Shown piece by piece: positions 38,150 to 52,200 of a stretch of 64,000 nucleotides of DNA. The notes under the pieces are model-generated. The model searched no databases, was not told the origin of the DNA, and saw only the letters and a list, made by a program, of their open reading frames with translations. This DNA is from Vicugna vicugna (lineage: Eukaryota), in contig MU058423.1 of the NCBI GenBank assembly GCA_013265495.1, positions 9,471,627-9,535,626 on the forward strand, written 5' to 3'. A program made the translations under genes and the position numbers. Each line of letters opens with the position of its first letter. The stretch's first letter is position 1.

Positions 38150-38560
38150 CGTCCTCAGTTCAGTTTAACAAACGTTTATGAGCACTGTTCTGTGCCCAGC
38201 ACTGTGCTGGCCCCTGGGCCGATAAAGATAAGTAATAAACGAATGCTGAGAAATGGTTTCGGTGATGGATGGCATTTGGATAGATGGGTAGGTAGGGTTT
38301 GGGTAGAAATAGATGATGGCATGGAAACTTTTCCAGAGAGAAAATACTTGTCAGATAAGCTAGGGAGAAAAAACATTTCAGATAGAACCAATTCTTCTTC
38401 AGGAAACAGTGAGCAATTTGGAGGGATCTGAATCCAGGATGTGGAAAAGAATCTAGTGAGAAAGACTGTAAATATAATTATCACTATTACTTACCAAGCA
38501 CTTTTTTTGTACATGAAACTTGGTTAAAGTCAGATTGTTAAGCCTTAACTGTTATGCTAA
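38150..38560 (-). mobile_element. L2 fragment
   Basis: tttaacaaacgtttatgagcactgttctgtgcccagcactgtgctgg is the reversed L2 3' end. Confidence 0.55.
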
Positions 38561-38809
38561 AAGATTTACTTCGTATTTTATTCTTAGAACAAAAGAGAAT
38601 AGTTCCCAGTAATAGAATTGTGAACAAATTCACAATTCTCTAGTAATGTAATCATGGCTATAATTATTGAGTATTTATTTTGTGTAAGGCATTAGGCTAA
38701 GTATGTTAAACATTATCTCATTCATTAGGTCAGAGTTTATTATATTAGTATAACAAGACATGATAAGGGTCTTGATTAGATTTATAGCGGTATAAAAACT
38801 ATTTATTGT

Positions 38810-39145
38810 ATTTATTTATTTATTTTAATTTAATAGACTCTATTCTTTTAGAGCAGTTTCAGGTTCACAACAGAACTGAGCAGTAGATACAGAGTTCGCA
38901 CACAGCCCTCCTCACCCACACATATATACTCTACTGTCCTCAACATCCCTCATCAGTGTGTCATACTTGGTACAATCGATGAACCAACACGGGCGCATTA
39001 TTATCAACCAAAGCCTATCGTTTACATTCGGGTTCACTCTTGATGTTATACATTCTGTGGGCTTGGACAAATGCATAATGACATATAGCCACCACTATAG
39101 TATCATAAGGAATAATTTCATTGCCCTAAAAATCCCTTGTGATAG
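38810..39145 (-). mobile_element. L1MC-like 3' end
   Basis: agagcagtttcaggttcaca...gtacaatcgatgaacc...gggttcactcttg...tgccctaaaaatccc; homologous to 6520-7086. Confidence 0.8.
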
Positions 39146-39619
39146 AGCAACAATTTAAACAGTTGTGGGGAAAATATTTCATTAATCATGAATCGTTGAT
39201 TTGTTCATTCTCTTAGTCATTCATTCATTCATTCAAAAATATTTATTAAAGTACTTACTCTTTCCCAGGCTCTGGGCCAAGTACCAGAAGCCAGGTGTAT
39301 GTGGTGAGAGCTTACTGTGTGCCAGGAACTGTTCCAAGTGCTTCGCAGGTAGGTGCCTTATTATAGTCATTATTACAGGTGAGGAAATAAAGACACAGAG
39401 AAATCAAATAACTCAGCCAAGTCCAGCCAGCTACCACGTAGGATCTGACCCACATGGTCTGGCTGCAGAACTGTCAACCTTTAACCCTCTATACCACATC
39501 TCACAGGTGGGTAAGACCTCAGACCTCAAACATGTCATTTTTCAACTGGGGAGAAGGACGTGGAACAAATAACTAAAATGCTCCAAGTGTATAATTCCAG
39601 TACACAAAAGGGCCATGTG

Positions 39620-41270
39620 TTATTTCTAGTTTTGGGCTATTATGAACAAAACTGCTACAAATATTCATGCACATGTTTAACGTGAATGTGAGTCTTCATT
39701 TTTCTGAGATAAATGCCTAAGAGGGCAATTTTTCTCTGATCGTCTAATAGTTGCATTTAGTTTTTGAAGAAACTGGTCAAGTGTTTTCTAGAGCAGTTGT
39801 GCCATTTTGCATTTCCAGTAGCAAAGTGTCAGTGATCCAGTTTCTCTGTATCCTGGCCAGAGTTTGGGGTTGTCCCAATCTTTTATTTTAGTCATTCTGA
39901 GAGGTGTGTAGTTACATGTCTTTGTGGTTCTAGTTTGCACTTCTCTAATGGCTAATAATGTCAAACATCTTTATTTGCCATGTGTCTGTCCTCGTTGATG
40001 AAATGTCTAAAGTCTTTTACCTATTTATTAACTAGATATTTTTTCCTGTTAAGTTTTGAGAATTCTTTATGTATTTTAGTTATTAGACGTCAGTCCTTTG
40101 TTGGTTATTTGGTTTGCAAACATTTTCTTCTAGTCTGTAGCTTGTCATTAACAAGATCTTTAGCATAGTGAAAGCTTTAATTTTGATTAAGTCTAATTTA
40201 TCAATTTTCCATTTGATACCAAGGCTAAGAACTCTGCCCAATCTTAAGCTCTGAAAATGTTCTCATATGTGCTCTTCTAAAAGTTTTATGTTTTTCATTT
40301 AAGTCCAATTTTTGCATTAATATTTGTAAAAGGTAAAGTTTAGGTCAACTTTCTTTCTTCCCTTCTCCTTTTCCTCCTCCCCTCCCCCACCTCCTATTTT
40401 CTTCTTCTTTTTTTTTTTTTTGCTTATGGCTGTCCAATTGCTTCAGCATGAGTTGTTAAAAAAGGCAATATTTCCTCCACTGAATTGTTTTTGTGCCCTT
40501 GTCAAAAATCAGTTGGCGTATTTGTGGGTTTTCTATTCTGTTCCCTTGACCTATGCGCTTATCCTTCCAACAGTAGCACACAGCCTTGATTACTAGAGCC
40601 TTGAATTACTATAAGCTGAATTCAGGTAGACTCATTCTTCCTGCTATTTTTTAAAAAATTGTTTTAACTGTTCTAGTTCCTTTGTCTTTCCATATAAGTT
40701 TTAGAACAGTTTTATCTATGTCTACAAGAAATCTTCCTGAATTTCGATAAGAATTGTGTTAAACCTTGTTTATCAATTTGGGGAGAACTAATGCCATTTT
40801 ATGCTTAGTCTTCTTCCAATCTGTGAATAAGATGTGTCTCTCCCTTGATTAGCTCTTCTTTGAGTTCTCTCATAAGTGTTATGCAATTTTCAGCATATAA
40901 GTTCCGTACTTGTTTTTGTAGATTTACATCTAAGTATTTCATTTTGGGGAACAATTGTAAATGGTATTGGATTTTTAATTTCAGTGTCTGTGTGTTAATG
41001 TAGAAATATAATTGATGTCTGTATGTTTATTTTATATCTTGTGACCCTGATGAACACATTTATTAGCACTAGAAGTTCTTTTGGAGATTCTTTAAAATTT
41101 TGTACATAGACAATCATGTCTTCTGAAAATATGAGCAGTTTCATTTTTTCCTTTCCAATCTCTATGCCTTATTTTTCCCCATTCCTTATTGTATTAACTA
41201 GAGCTATGTATTCTGGAACTAGGTTGAATAGTGGTGAGAGTGACATTACTGCCTTCTTCCTGATCTCGGT
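39620..41270 (-). mobile_element. L1MC-like ORF2 fragment
   Basis: Antisense ORF2 motifs (tttgggctattatgaacaaaactgct..., tgtcaaaaatcagttgg, tttgtctttccatataagttttagaa, acaatcatgtcttctg). Confidence 0.8.
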
Positions 41271-43639
41271 GGTGACTGTGGTGGTGTTATATGTGCAGAC
41301 ATAATGCTATTTAATATCCTTGAACGTGATTGCCATAGCTTTTCTGTTCAACAAAAGGAAGCCAAATGAGAATAAGCGGAATCTTTAAAAGTGGAACTAG
41401 AAAAAATACATTTACATTCCCTTTTAAATTTTATTTATTTATTTATTTATATTTATTTATTTATTATTTATTCGCATTCACTTGTATGTGCACAAAATCT
41501 CTGAAAGAATAAACAGAAAATTACAATGATGGCTCTTTGTTGCAGGGCAGGGTACAGTGGTGCTGCTGGTGTGGTTGCAGGGCTGGACAGGTGGGTTGGA
41601 GGGGACCTTTTTACTAGGATTTTGTAATTTAAAAAATTTGATGCCTATGAATGTATTACTTATTAAACATTTTTTTTAAACGGAAAAAGGTAGAATTGGC
41701 AATCTTAAGAATTTATCTGTTCCCTTCCCTGGAAGTGTCGGGGGTTGAGTGTGTGTGTCCATTAATCAAGGAAATTGCAAAGAGATATTCCTTCCGTGGA
41801 TGAGAGATAGAGTCTGATGGCCTCTAATGTCCCTGTGTTGTGTTTACCTGAATGTGAATGGGTTCTCTCCTCTCTCAGCCTTTATTCAAGAAATACACAT
41901 TAAGTATATGCTGCAGTCTGTTAACTTAGTCAAATCCAACAGACACTGCTCCTAATTGCATGCTTTGTCTACTTCTTGCGTCGACTGTATTACTTTGTCA
42001 ACTAAAATGGCTTTGCATTAAAGTAGAGATTGTACTACACCTAATGTCACTCAACTAAACTAACATTGAAAACGTTGTCCTGCTGGTGTCTGAGTGCTAG
42101 ACAGGGTCCCTTGATTGATGGGAGCAGAGTGACCTAACGACCCACATTGACAAAGTCCAAAGGCCAAGGCTATCAGTCAGTCCCATTTCATAAAGAAGAC
42201 AGATTGCCCAGTGCCCTTATTCATCTAACAGTTTCATGCTTCTGTGTGGCAATAATCTGAACAGGTTGGGGAACCTTTGTCAGCTTGACTTCTGTGCTGA
42301 CTGGTGAACTCTGTTTTGGATCCTAGTCCCAGTGTTGTTGACCCTTGTGTTCTGGTCCTGATGTGAACTATGCTCCGTGGTGAGGTTTGAGATTTGCTTT
42401 TTAGTTTGTTCAGAATTCGAGTTTCTTTCCCCTTTGATCTGACAGTCTTTCAAGAATATTTCAACTTCCCCCAGAGAATAATTTTCCAAATCACTATTAT
42501 CATGGAGTTGCCTCTATGATTATTTCAGCATTAAAGTTCATTCTCTGTACAGCAATGGCATTACCACGTGAGGTAAAAGGGCCATCTGTTATTGTCATCA
42601 CGTCACTGTTGTGGAATCCTGTGACTTTTTACAATGTGTTGGAATTATGAAAACATTTTATTTGTGTATTTTTTGAGCATAATTCATGAAGTTTGATAAA
42701 ATAAAGCACAATTATCCAGAAACACTATATACCAAACAAAATTTCCTTCCTCACAGTTAATCGGGGGATGAATATTACTAAGGGAGTACTGGAAAAAGCT
42801 TTACCAATATTGACCTCATCTGACTAGTGAGTGGGTAGTAAGTGAGTCATCTCTTAGAGGTAAATGAATCCTTTCAGGTAACTTTGGCACTAAGCAGTTT
42901 GCTGGAGACGGGCATTGTTAAATGAGTTAAGACATGTATTGTTAAATTGGTAAATAATTTATGATCGGATTTCCCTCACTTTTAAAAGCACGTACTGCTT
43001 GATACCAGTCCAGTCAAGCTCATTTTATGCAATATCAAATAGAATCCCAGTAAGCCTTAGGTTAATTGGTTTCCACACGAAACATCTTTCTATAGAGCCT
43101 GGGAATTGCAACATTTTCTCATCACTTTTTGAGAAAGAATCTCTGTGAAAGTTGAGCGTATTTTACAACTCAAAATGTCCCCAGGGACTGGCTCTCTTTC
43201 TAATTGATTACTCAGTGCCACATCACTGGGCAAAAATTCCCCAGAGTTCAGCTACCTCTTGGTCACATTTGGTTTGATAAGAATATTTAACTGAGGAGTA
43301 TACCAAATATTTGCTGTGTCTTCCTCCTTGAAACTTAAGCTATTTTTGAAAGCTTACCTAAAGCAATTGTAGGATACTTTTTACTATGGAGTTTTGTAGA
43401 CTAATAAGCCTTTTATGTACAAGGTCTAAAGCAAAAAATACAAAACACATTAAAACCATTTTTATCACTGAAAAAGTAAAACATTAGTATAACTATTCTT
43501 CTATACTCACTGCTTTTAGTTAATAGTTTACTAAGGAAAATAACTTTCTTAGTTTGCTTTTGAACTTAGGCAAATGGCAGTTGGGCTGGTTATAGCATTC
43601 TTGGGCTATGACTGAGAATTGTATCATTTTCTTTTCTTC

Positions 43640-43999
43640 TAGCATTGATTATTGCAGAAAATATTGCTAAAGCTAGATGCTTTTAACTGCTTTGAAAGAG
43701 ACTGGCTCCGCAACTTTGGAATTTCTTCTTTCTGCCCCATTCATTTTCGGTTCTTCTTCTGGGACTTCAGTTGCAAGCAGTGAGACTTTCTCACCGTATC
43801 TCTGACTCTCTCTTCTGTATTTTCTCTGTTTTATCTCTCCATGCTTCGTGTTGAGAATTTTATTCCAATTTTGCTTCTTCACTTATTCTGTCTTTCGCTG
43901 TGTATAATATAATTTTAGACTAATCCATTGAATTTTTTAAAATTGAAGTATAGTCAGTTACAATGTGTCAATTTCTGGTGTACAGCATAATGTCCCAGT

Positions 44000-44031
<32 letters not shown>

Positions 44032-44960
44032 TTTTCTTATTCTTTTTCATTAGAGGCTATTACAAGATATTGAATATAGTTCCCTGTGCTATACAGAAAA
44101 ACTTTGTCTTTTTAAATTTATTTTTATATATAGTGGTTTACATTTGTAAATCTCAGACTCCCAAATTTAACCCTTCCCACCACCTTTCCCCTGATAATCA
44201 TAAAATTTTTTACTATGTCTGTGAGTGTGTTTCTGTTTTGTAGATGAGTTCATTAGTGTCCTCTTTTTTCTTTTTTTTTTAGATTCCACAGATGAATGAT
44301 ATCATAGGGTATTTTTCTTTCGCCATTGAAGTTTTAATGTCAGTTATTGTATTTTTCATGTCCAGAATTTTTCTTTGGTTTTATTTTAGAGTTTCTATTT
44401 CTTTGTCGAAGTTCTTAATATTGTACTTTGTCTTTTTCGACATATTAATAAAATCTTAAAGTCTTTATGTAAAACCTTCATCATTTATATCTCCTGCAGG
44501 TCTAAATCTGTTTTCTCTTATTTCTCTTGGATTTTACTTACATTTTCTGGTTACTTTTGATTGTGTTAAACAGTGGATGATGAAAAACTATTCAATAGTT
44601 TGAAGCATGTGATAGTGTTATCCCAGAACTTATTAATTGTACGTTTTCTTTTGGCAAGAGCCTAGGAACACGAGCAATCCCAGATCATCGCATTCTAATT
44701 ATAGACATTAATATGATATGAAGCTGTGTTTCAGTCTCTGAGAAGGTTGAACTATTTCTGGTTTATCCTTAGTCCCAGGGCTCAGCCCTTTGGAGTCATA
44801 ACACAAAATATGGCACATTTCACCAGGGAAAAAGTTTATTCCTCTAGCCTTAGGCTTTTCAAATGTCCACTCAGCATCTCAGCTTCTTTCCTGGAAGAGT
44901 CTCCAGAAAAAAGTGGCCCTGAATGCAGGGCTTAATTTTCTGGGTTTCTTTCTTTTCATG
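43640..44960 (-). mobile_element. Old L1/HAL1-like ORF1 and 5' region, split by a young L1
   Basis: ORF 43673..43882(-) ...KVSLLATEVPEEEPKMNG resembles the L1 ORF1 IRIIGVPEGEE motif after a coiled coil. The host sequence is continuous across the insert. Confidence 0.5.
43935..44322 (-). mobile_element. 5'-truncated camelid-type L1 3' end with (CA)n
   Basis: aattgaagtatagtcagttacaatgtgtc...; TSD ccattgaa(t/g)tttt starting at 43925 and 44323. Confidence 0.85.
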
Positions 44961-46959
44961 GTCAATTTGTATTTATAGACAATATTGATGAACTAAAAAT
45001 AAAGTCTTGTCTTCCTAAGCCTTTAATCATATCATTCCACCCCATCCTGCCCACCTCCTCAAGAGCCTGCTTTTCAGAAACTTACTGATGGAACTTCAAA
45101 AATCCCCATTCTGGATCTGGGTCCTTCTTGGGCCACAGAATTACGTTGACTTGACAGATGTGCAGGTGCTGTATAATCTTTCCCAGGCCTCTTTCTTAAT
45201 ATTATTTGACATTTGTCAGAACACAGATTTAAAGGAAGGTTCTACTAAGGATTTAGGAGGATTTCAAAAAATTTGTGAGAGAAGAATGTTTAGTTTCATG
45301 ATTTTTATTTATTCAATCTAAACAATTGGTAGAATTAATAGTTCGGTAGTAAGTTTACCTTGTTTTGGATAAACTAATGTAGGTCCCAGGAGTAGACACA
45401 TTTGCCTTGAAAAGAGTTTGTTAGGAAATATCTGTTCAAAGCTTTCCTCTAGTGTATTTCTCACAAAGGGTTTACTTGTAGTTTTGAAGAATGACCAGAG
45501 CTGTTTGGCCTTTTTGGAGGCCACAAATACAAAATTGTCCCTTGCCAAAAAGTAATTAGGGCCTGAAGTAAACTTTGTAATGAAGCCCAAATTAAAATTT
45601 AGCTACAACTTTCATGAAATCCATTGGCTGATCTAGCAGTAGCCACTTCACGGCCTTGCTGGGTCCAGCATGATGTGAGGATGTGATCACATAATGAGGC
45701 TTAATTCTGGTTCTGTTGTGTTTTTTTGTTTTTTTTTTTTTTGCTACCCAATGATTCTCTAAACAAAGATAATATAAGTGAGCCTCATTTTATGTAATTG
45801 GAAAAGTACTTGGGAATACATTTTAAAATCTATTAAATACGTTTTAAATGTGCTTTGAAAAATATTTATTTACAAACTGTTCATCTTTTGTGAATTAAAG
45901 GAACATTTGAGAAGCATCCCTCGTGATTACTATGTAAATTTCAAATTTTTTCTATTTCTTAAACTTTCTTGAGTTTGGACACATCTGTTTAATTCTGTGA
46001 GTGTAAACAGGAAGTAAATGTCAGGGAGAAGGAAGATGAGGTAGCTAATAAGAGAAGGAGGCAACATCATACCTGGAGACAGAGCTCTTCATCGCAGGCC
46101 TTTGGTGAAAAGGAAGAGCAAAGCTCACAATGTAGCTGACAAAGGTGAGCAATCTTTAAGGTATGGTGTAGAAAGAGAGCCAATATTGCTATTAAGATAA
46201 ACATTTTTTTCCTTTGTGTACTGGTGAGAGTGAGATTATGAACTATGTCTATCTGGTGAATTAGGTTTGCTGGTCACTAATCTCGTAGGTGAAAGCAAAA
46301 CGAGCTTGCTTCTAATACACGATTAGCACCTGACCTCCAGCAGTATAGTCACTGCTGATAGCACCTCAGAGTAATGGTGTTTAATCTTCACAGAGCTCGA
46401 AGCGCTTCATGGACGCTTTCTGTTTCTTTAGATCCTTTATTGTGCCACATGCATCTGTACCTACTCAGCCCAGAGTGGGAGTTCAGCCAGAGTTGTTGAC
46501 TAACAGATTCTGTGTGAAGTTGCCCAGCCCTGCCAAATACTGGATTTGCCACTTAGCAAGAGATGCTTTTGAGGGTTCTGGGGGTGTCTTCCTAATCATT
46601 TCTCCATAGCTTCACTGAATTTGCTCATGCCATCTGCTGACATCTGTGCGAAACCACACACTTGGAAAAGCTGAAGTCACTTCTACTACTTTTCATAACC
46701 AGTTACCACACGCCTTCCCATCCTCACTGGCTCCCTTCCTGCTCTCACTACCTTCCCTAGAGGAAATCTGAAAGCCCACAGAGTATTTGCTGCGTCTCCT
46801 GGTTACTCAGTAACTATAAAAGAAGAATCAGGGTTCCCTCTGTCCTCCTCTTGTGTCCTAACTGTTGGATCACTCTGCTTCCTTATAGATGACCAACTTT
46901 CAAGACAGAGCAGAAAGGAATTTCTTTGAAGAGGCTGAGAAAGGAAAAGATTCTGAAAT

Positions 46960-47160
46960 AAGCCAGGAGTTTGGGTTCAGAAGTCTAGCAGTTGAGCTGC
47001 AGCCCAGCACTTACTAGTTGGCTGGCCTTGAGCTTTAGTTTCCTAATCTATAAATTGGGAATAATAGAGCCCAGCTCATGGGGGACAGGGAGGATTGCAA
47101 AAGTGTTGAACAATGGAAGTGTTCCATAGACCTCGAGATTTACAAAATTGTTAATAATTA
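46960..47160 (+). mobile_element. MIR SINE
   Basis: cagcacttactagttggctggccttgag...agtttcctaatctataaattgggaataatag. Confidence 0.65.
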
Positions 47161-49224
47161 TTTGGATGTTTGATTTTGGGGATGCGCGTTCTTGTAAAAA
47201 TCCAGAAAATTTAGAATTTTCTGGTAATATTAGATGGCTGAAAAGTTGAGCACTTTTTACCTTTTGACTTTGGAGCAGGGAAAGGCAGAAGGAAATTGAA
47301 AAAAAAATTTCTGCTTCACCCTTCTGTGTCTTCCAGGTGATTGCAGTCGACGCTACCAAAAGTTTAGCCTCCAGGAAAATACTAGTTTAACTAGCAGCTC
47401 TTATTGGCCTTGCTGCATTTTATTCTTGCGTGGATCTGAGGAATTTAAAAGCCATGCTAACATTAAAGGTCAGAAGAATTATTGCTCTAGTGTCCAAGTC
47501 AAATTTCTGATAGAATTTTCCAAAAACGTATAAAGGATCATTCTTACAGGACCTGTCTCAGTGAATTGTTCTTTATGTGCCGGGCAGAACTTTGTAAATA
47601 TTTAACTTTCTTTAGAGTTTGGAATGTACGAGTGTGATTTATTATTTCTAATGATTGAAGAGGCTTGGTTTCTGCAAACAAAGGTATGAATTGAAAGAGA
47701 ATGGATGATACAATATGTGCCTTTGTAAGCAGTAAGCAGAGCAACATTAAGAAGGGAGAGTGATTCACAAGATGACTTATCTCTCAGAAATGCCCAGGAA
47801 GTGGTGTTTCGAGTAATAACAGCTTTTATTCACTGAGCGCTTACTACGTGCAAGGCTCTGTTTGGACTAAGTGCTTTATGTGTGTGTTCTCCCTGCAGTA
47901 GAACCCGGGCTGATAGAGGATGCAAACTGGGTTGTGTTGAGAATGTTATTCACCTATCTTGGTATGTTACAATATCAATTCTTTTCAAGTACTTTAAATG
48001 ATAAAGATTCTTGAGAAAGAGAAAGAGAGGGACAGACAGATAGCCACACATGTGGTAGGGAGAGAAGGGAAGAGGGAGAGAGGCAGAGAAAGAGAGAAGA
48101 CAGAAAAAGATTGAGACGTTAGTTTTGAGAGTCAGGCCTTTGTGGAAAAACATGACTCATGGCATGTGATGAAAACACAACTTTATTATCACCTCCGTCA
48201 GCCTTATTCCAGACGTTCAGTGAGAGTAATTATCTCTTGCTGCTGAATCAGAACTTGGGTAGGTTCCATTCTATTTTGCTCACACGTGGGTATTAGTATA
48301 TCCTACCATCTCTTATAAGAAACAAGTCTAGTCTCACTGAATGAATCAGAGCTGTCGAGTCTAAGATGTTAATACAAACTGAACTTGATTCAGCATTGGA
48401 TGTTTCCCCTTTTCCAACTCAGGCCTTCTTCCGGCTGATAGACATGGTGGGCTCGGCAGGCTTGGCTTCTGTCTTTCTAAGCCTTGTGCGTTCCTCCTCC
48501 TTAACAATCTTTTCATCCCAGTTTTGAACTTGTTCCTGACCCTCCTGAGGTTAGAAAGTATAGGATTAAGGGGATAGAAAAAGTTATAAATTGGCCCTTC
48601 TGGGTTGGGTACATTTCTAAGGCAGTTCTCTCTCTAGTGGGCATTTTGTGGGTTCTTCTCTCCTCCTTGAAGACCTCTCACTTTTAGGTTTGCTGACCTG
48701 TCAAATCTATCTCTAAAATGCAGGGTCACTGTGGCTCTCTCCCACAGTCCCCAGGAATGAAGGTCTTCTAGCTTCTTGTTTCTGGGATTCCTTTGCTCCT
48801 CCAGGCGCCTGTACCTCACAGGACCTGCTTTGATGCCATGCCAGCTCTTTCTACTAAGAGACTTGCATCTCATCCAACAAAAACAGCCATGCAACATTTG
48901 TCCCATCAAAAATTTGGGAGGGTAGGGCAATCCCAACAGGGCCAACCCATTAAGGAGCCTGCCACGGGTTACTCTGTCTAGCTCACACTTGAGTCAGGCT
49001 TCAGTCTTCTGTGCCCATTAGATGCAAGGGAAAACCTAGTTCTTCAAATGGGGTCATGAAAGTCCATTCACTCAGCTGGAGAGAAATGAGAAGATAACAG
49101 AACACTCTTCTGCCCTGGGTAAGTGGGAGGAAACTCAAAGTGTAGCTCCCTCCAAAGAAATCTCTTCTCAAATCCTTTTCCATTTTCACTCTCTCTCCTT
49201 TTCCCTTTTTTATATAATTTTTAA

Positions 49225-52200
49225 ATTATTTTTTAAATTTTTAGTTTTTATTGAAGTATAGTTGATTTGCAATGTTAGTTTCAGGTGTACAGCAAAGTGA
49301 TTCAGTTATACATACACATATTCAGATTCTTTTCCATTATATGTTATTGTAAGAAATTGAATATTGTCCCCTGTGCTATATAGTAGGTCCTTGTTGTTCA
49401 TCTATTTTATATATAGTAATGTGCATATGTTAATACCAAACTCCTAATTTATCCTTCCCCTATCCCTTTCCCCTTTGGTAACCATGGTTTGTTTCCTATG
49501 CCCATGAGTCTATGTTTTCTATGCCCATGAAACAAAAATAAATTTTGTGGTTTTTTTAGATTACACATATAAGTGATAGCATATGATATTCGTCTTTCTC
49601 TGTCAGACTTATGTCACTTAATATGATAATCTCTAGGTCCATCCATGTTGCTGCAGATGGCATTATTTCATTCTTTTTTATGGCTGAGTACTATTCCAAT
49701 GTATATGTATACCATATCTTCTTTATCCATTCATCTGTCAGTAGACATTTAGGTTGTTTCCATGTCCTAGCTATTGTACATAGTGCTGTTAAGAACACTG
49801 AGGTACATACATCTTTTCCAATTATAGTTTTCTCTGGATATATGCCCAGGAATGGAATTGCTGGATCATATGGTAAGTCTATACATAGTTTTTTAAGGAA
49901 CCTCCATACTGTTTTCCATAGTGGCTGCACCAATTTACACTCCCATCAACTGTGTAGGAGGGTGCTTTTTTCTCCACACCCTCTCCAACATTTATCAATT
50001 GTGGACTTTTCAATTCTGACTGGTGTGAAGTGATACCTCGTCGTAGTTTTGATTTGCATCTTTCTAATAATTAGTGATATTGTGCATCTTTTCATGTGCC
50101 TGTTTGCCATCTGGATGTCTTCTTTGGAGAAATGTCTATTTAGGTCTTCTGCTCATTTTTTTTTTTTGGATTTTTTTTTTTTGATATTAAGCTGTTTATA
50201 TATTTTGAAAATTAGTCCCTTGCCAGTTGTGTCATTTGCAAATATTTTCTCCCATTCTGTAGATTGTCTTTTTGTTTTGTTTATGGTTTCCTTTGCTGTG
50301 CAAAAGCTTTTAAGTTTAATTACATCTTGTTTGTTTACTTTTGCTTTTATTTCCATCACTCTAGGAGCTGGTTTGAAAAAATATTGCTGCAGTTTGTGTC
50401 AAATAGTGTTCTGCCTATTTTTTTTTAAAGAGTTTTATAGTATCTGGTTGTCCACTTAAGTCTTTAGTCCTTTTTGAGTTTATTTTTGTATATGGCATTA
50501 AAGAATGCTCTAATTTCATTCTTTTACATTAGCTGTCCAGTTTTCCCAGCACCGCTTATTGAAGAGACTATCTTTTTTCCATTGTATATTCTTGCCTCCT
50601 TTGTTGTAGATTAATTGACCATAAATGCATGGGTTTATTTCTGGGCTTTCTCTCCTGTTTCATTGATCTATGTGTCTGTTTTTGTGCCAGTGCCATACTG
50701 TTTTGATGTCTGTAGCTTTGTAGTACAGTCTGAAGTCAGGGCTTGTGATTTCTCCAGCTCCATTTTTCTTTCTTAAAATTGTTTTGGCTATTTGGGGTCT
50801 TTTGTGTTTCCATATAAATTTAAATTTTTTTTGTTTGAGGTCTGTGAAAAATGCCATTGGTAATTTGATAGGGGTTGCATTGAATCTGTAGATTGCATTG
50901 GGTAGTAGTCATTTTAACAATATTGAATCTTCTAGTCCAAGAACATGGCATACCTTTTCATCTGTTTGTGTCATTTTCAATTTCTTTCATCAGTATCTTA
51001 CAGTTTTCGGAGTACAGGTCTTTTGCCTCCTTAGGTTAGTTTATTCCTAGATGTTTTATTCTTTTTTATTTGATAGTAAATGGGATTATTTCCTTAATTT
51101 CTTTTTCTGGTAGTTCATTATTAGTGTTTGGAAATGCAGCAGGTTTCTGTATATTAATTTTGTATCCTGCAACTTTACCAAATTCATTGATGACCTCTAG
51201 TAGTTTTTTGGTAGCATCTTTAGGATTTTCTGCATATAGTATCATGTCATCTGCAAAGTGACAGTTTTACTTCTTTTCCAATTTGCACACATTTTATTTC
51301 TTTTTCTTCTCTGGTTGCTGTGGCTGGTACTTCCAAAACTATGTTGAATAAAAGTGGCAAGAGTGGGCATCTTTGTCTTGTCCCTGATCTTAGAGGAAAT
51401 GCTTTCAGCTTTTCACCATTGAGTATGTTGTTAGCTGTGGGTTTGTCATTTATGGCTTTTATTATGTTGAGGGATATTTCCTTTATGCCCACTTTCTGGT
51501 GAGTTTTTATCATAAATGGATGCTGAATTTTATCAAAATCTTTTTCTGTATCTATTGAGATGACATACGGTTTTTATTTTTCAACTTGTTAACGTGGTAT
51601 ATTATAGTGATTGAGTTCTAGATATTGAAACTCCTTACATCCCTGGGATAAATCCCACTTGATCATGGTATATGATCCTTTTAACGTATTTTTGGGCTAG
51701 TTTTGCTAGTATTTTGCTGAGGATTTTTGCATCTATGTTGATCAGTGATATTGGCTTTTAATTTTCTCTTTTTTGTGGTATCTTTGTCTGGTTTTGGTAT
51801 CAGGGTGATGGTGGCCTCACAGAATGAGTTTGAAAATATTCCTTCCTCTGCAATTTTTTGGAATAGTTTCAGAAGGATAGATGTTAACTCTTCTCCACAT
51901 GTTTGGTAGAATTCACCTGTGAAGCACATTGCTTCCTTTACTTTTTTTTTTTGGGATTTTTTTTTTTTTTTTTTTTAACTACTGATTGAATTTCAGTACT
52001 TGTACTTAGTCTGTTCATATTCTCTATTTCTTCCTATTCAGTCTTGGTAGATTGTACCTTGAAAGAATTTGTCAATTTCTTCTAAGTTGTCCTTTTTATT
52101 GGTTTATAGTTGCTCATAGTAGTCTCTTATGGTCCTTTGTATTTCTGTGGTGTTAGTTGTAACTAACTTCTTTTTTATTTCTGATTTTAATAATTTGAGC

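Noticed and set aside
46073..46099. 27-nt minus-strand microexon-like unit (ctttgctcttccttttcaccaaag|gcctgcgatgaagagctctgtctccag|gtatga)
   Set aside because: Good splice motifs, but the peptide is unrecognised, the strand is opposite to the inferred host gene and there are no partner exons; such pseudo-exons are common.
49611..50459. Plus-strand hydrophobic ORFs (140 and 136 aa)
   Set aside because: Typical antisense translations of L1 ORF2.
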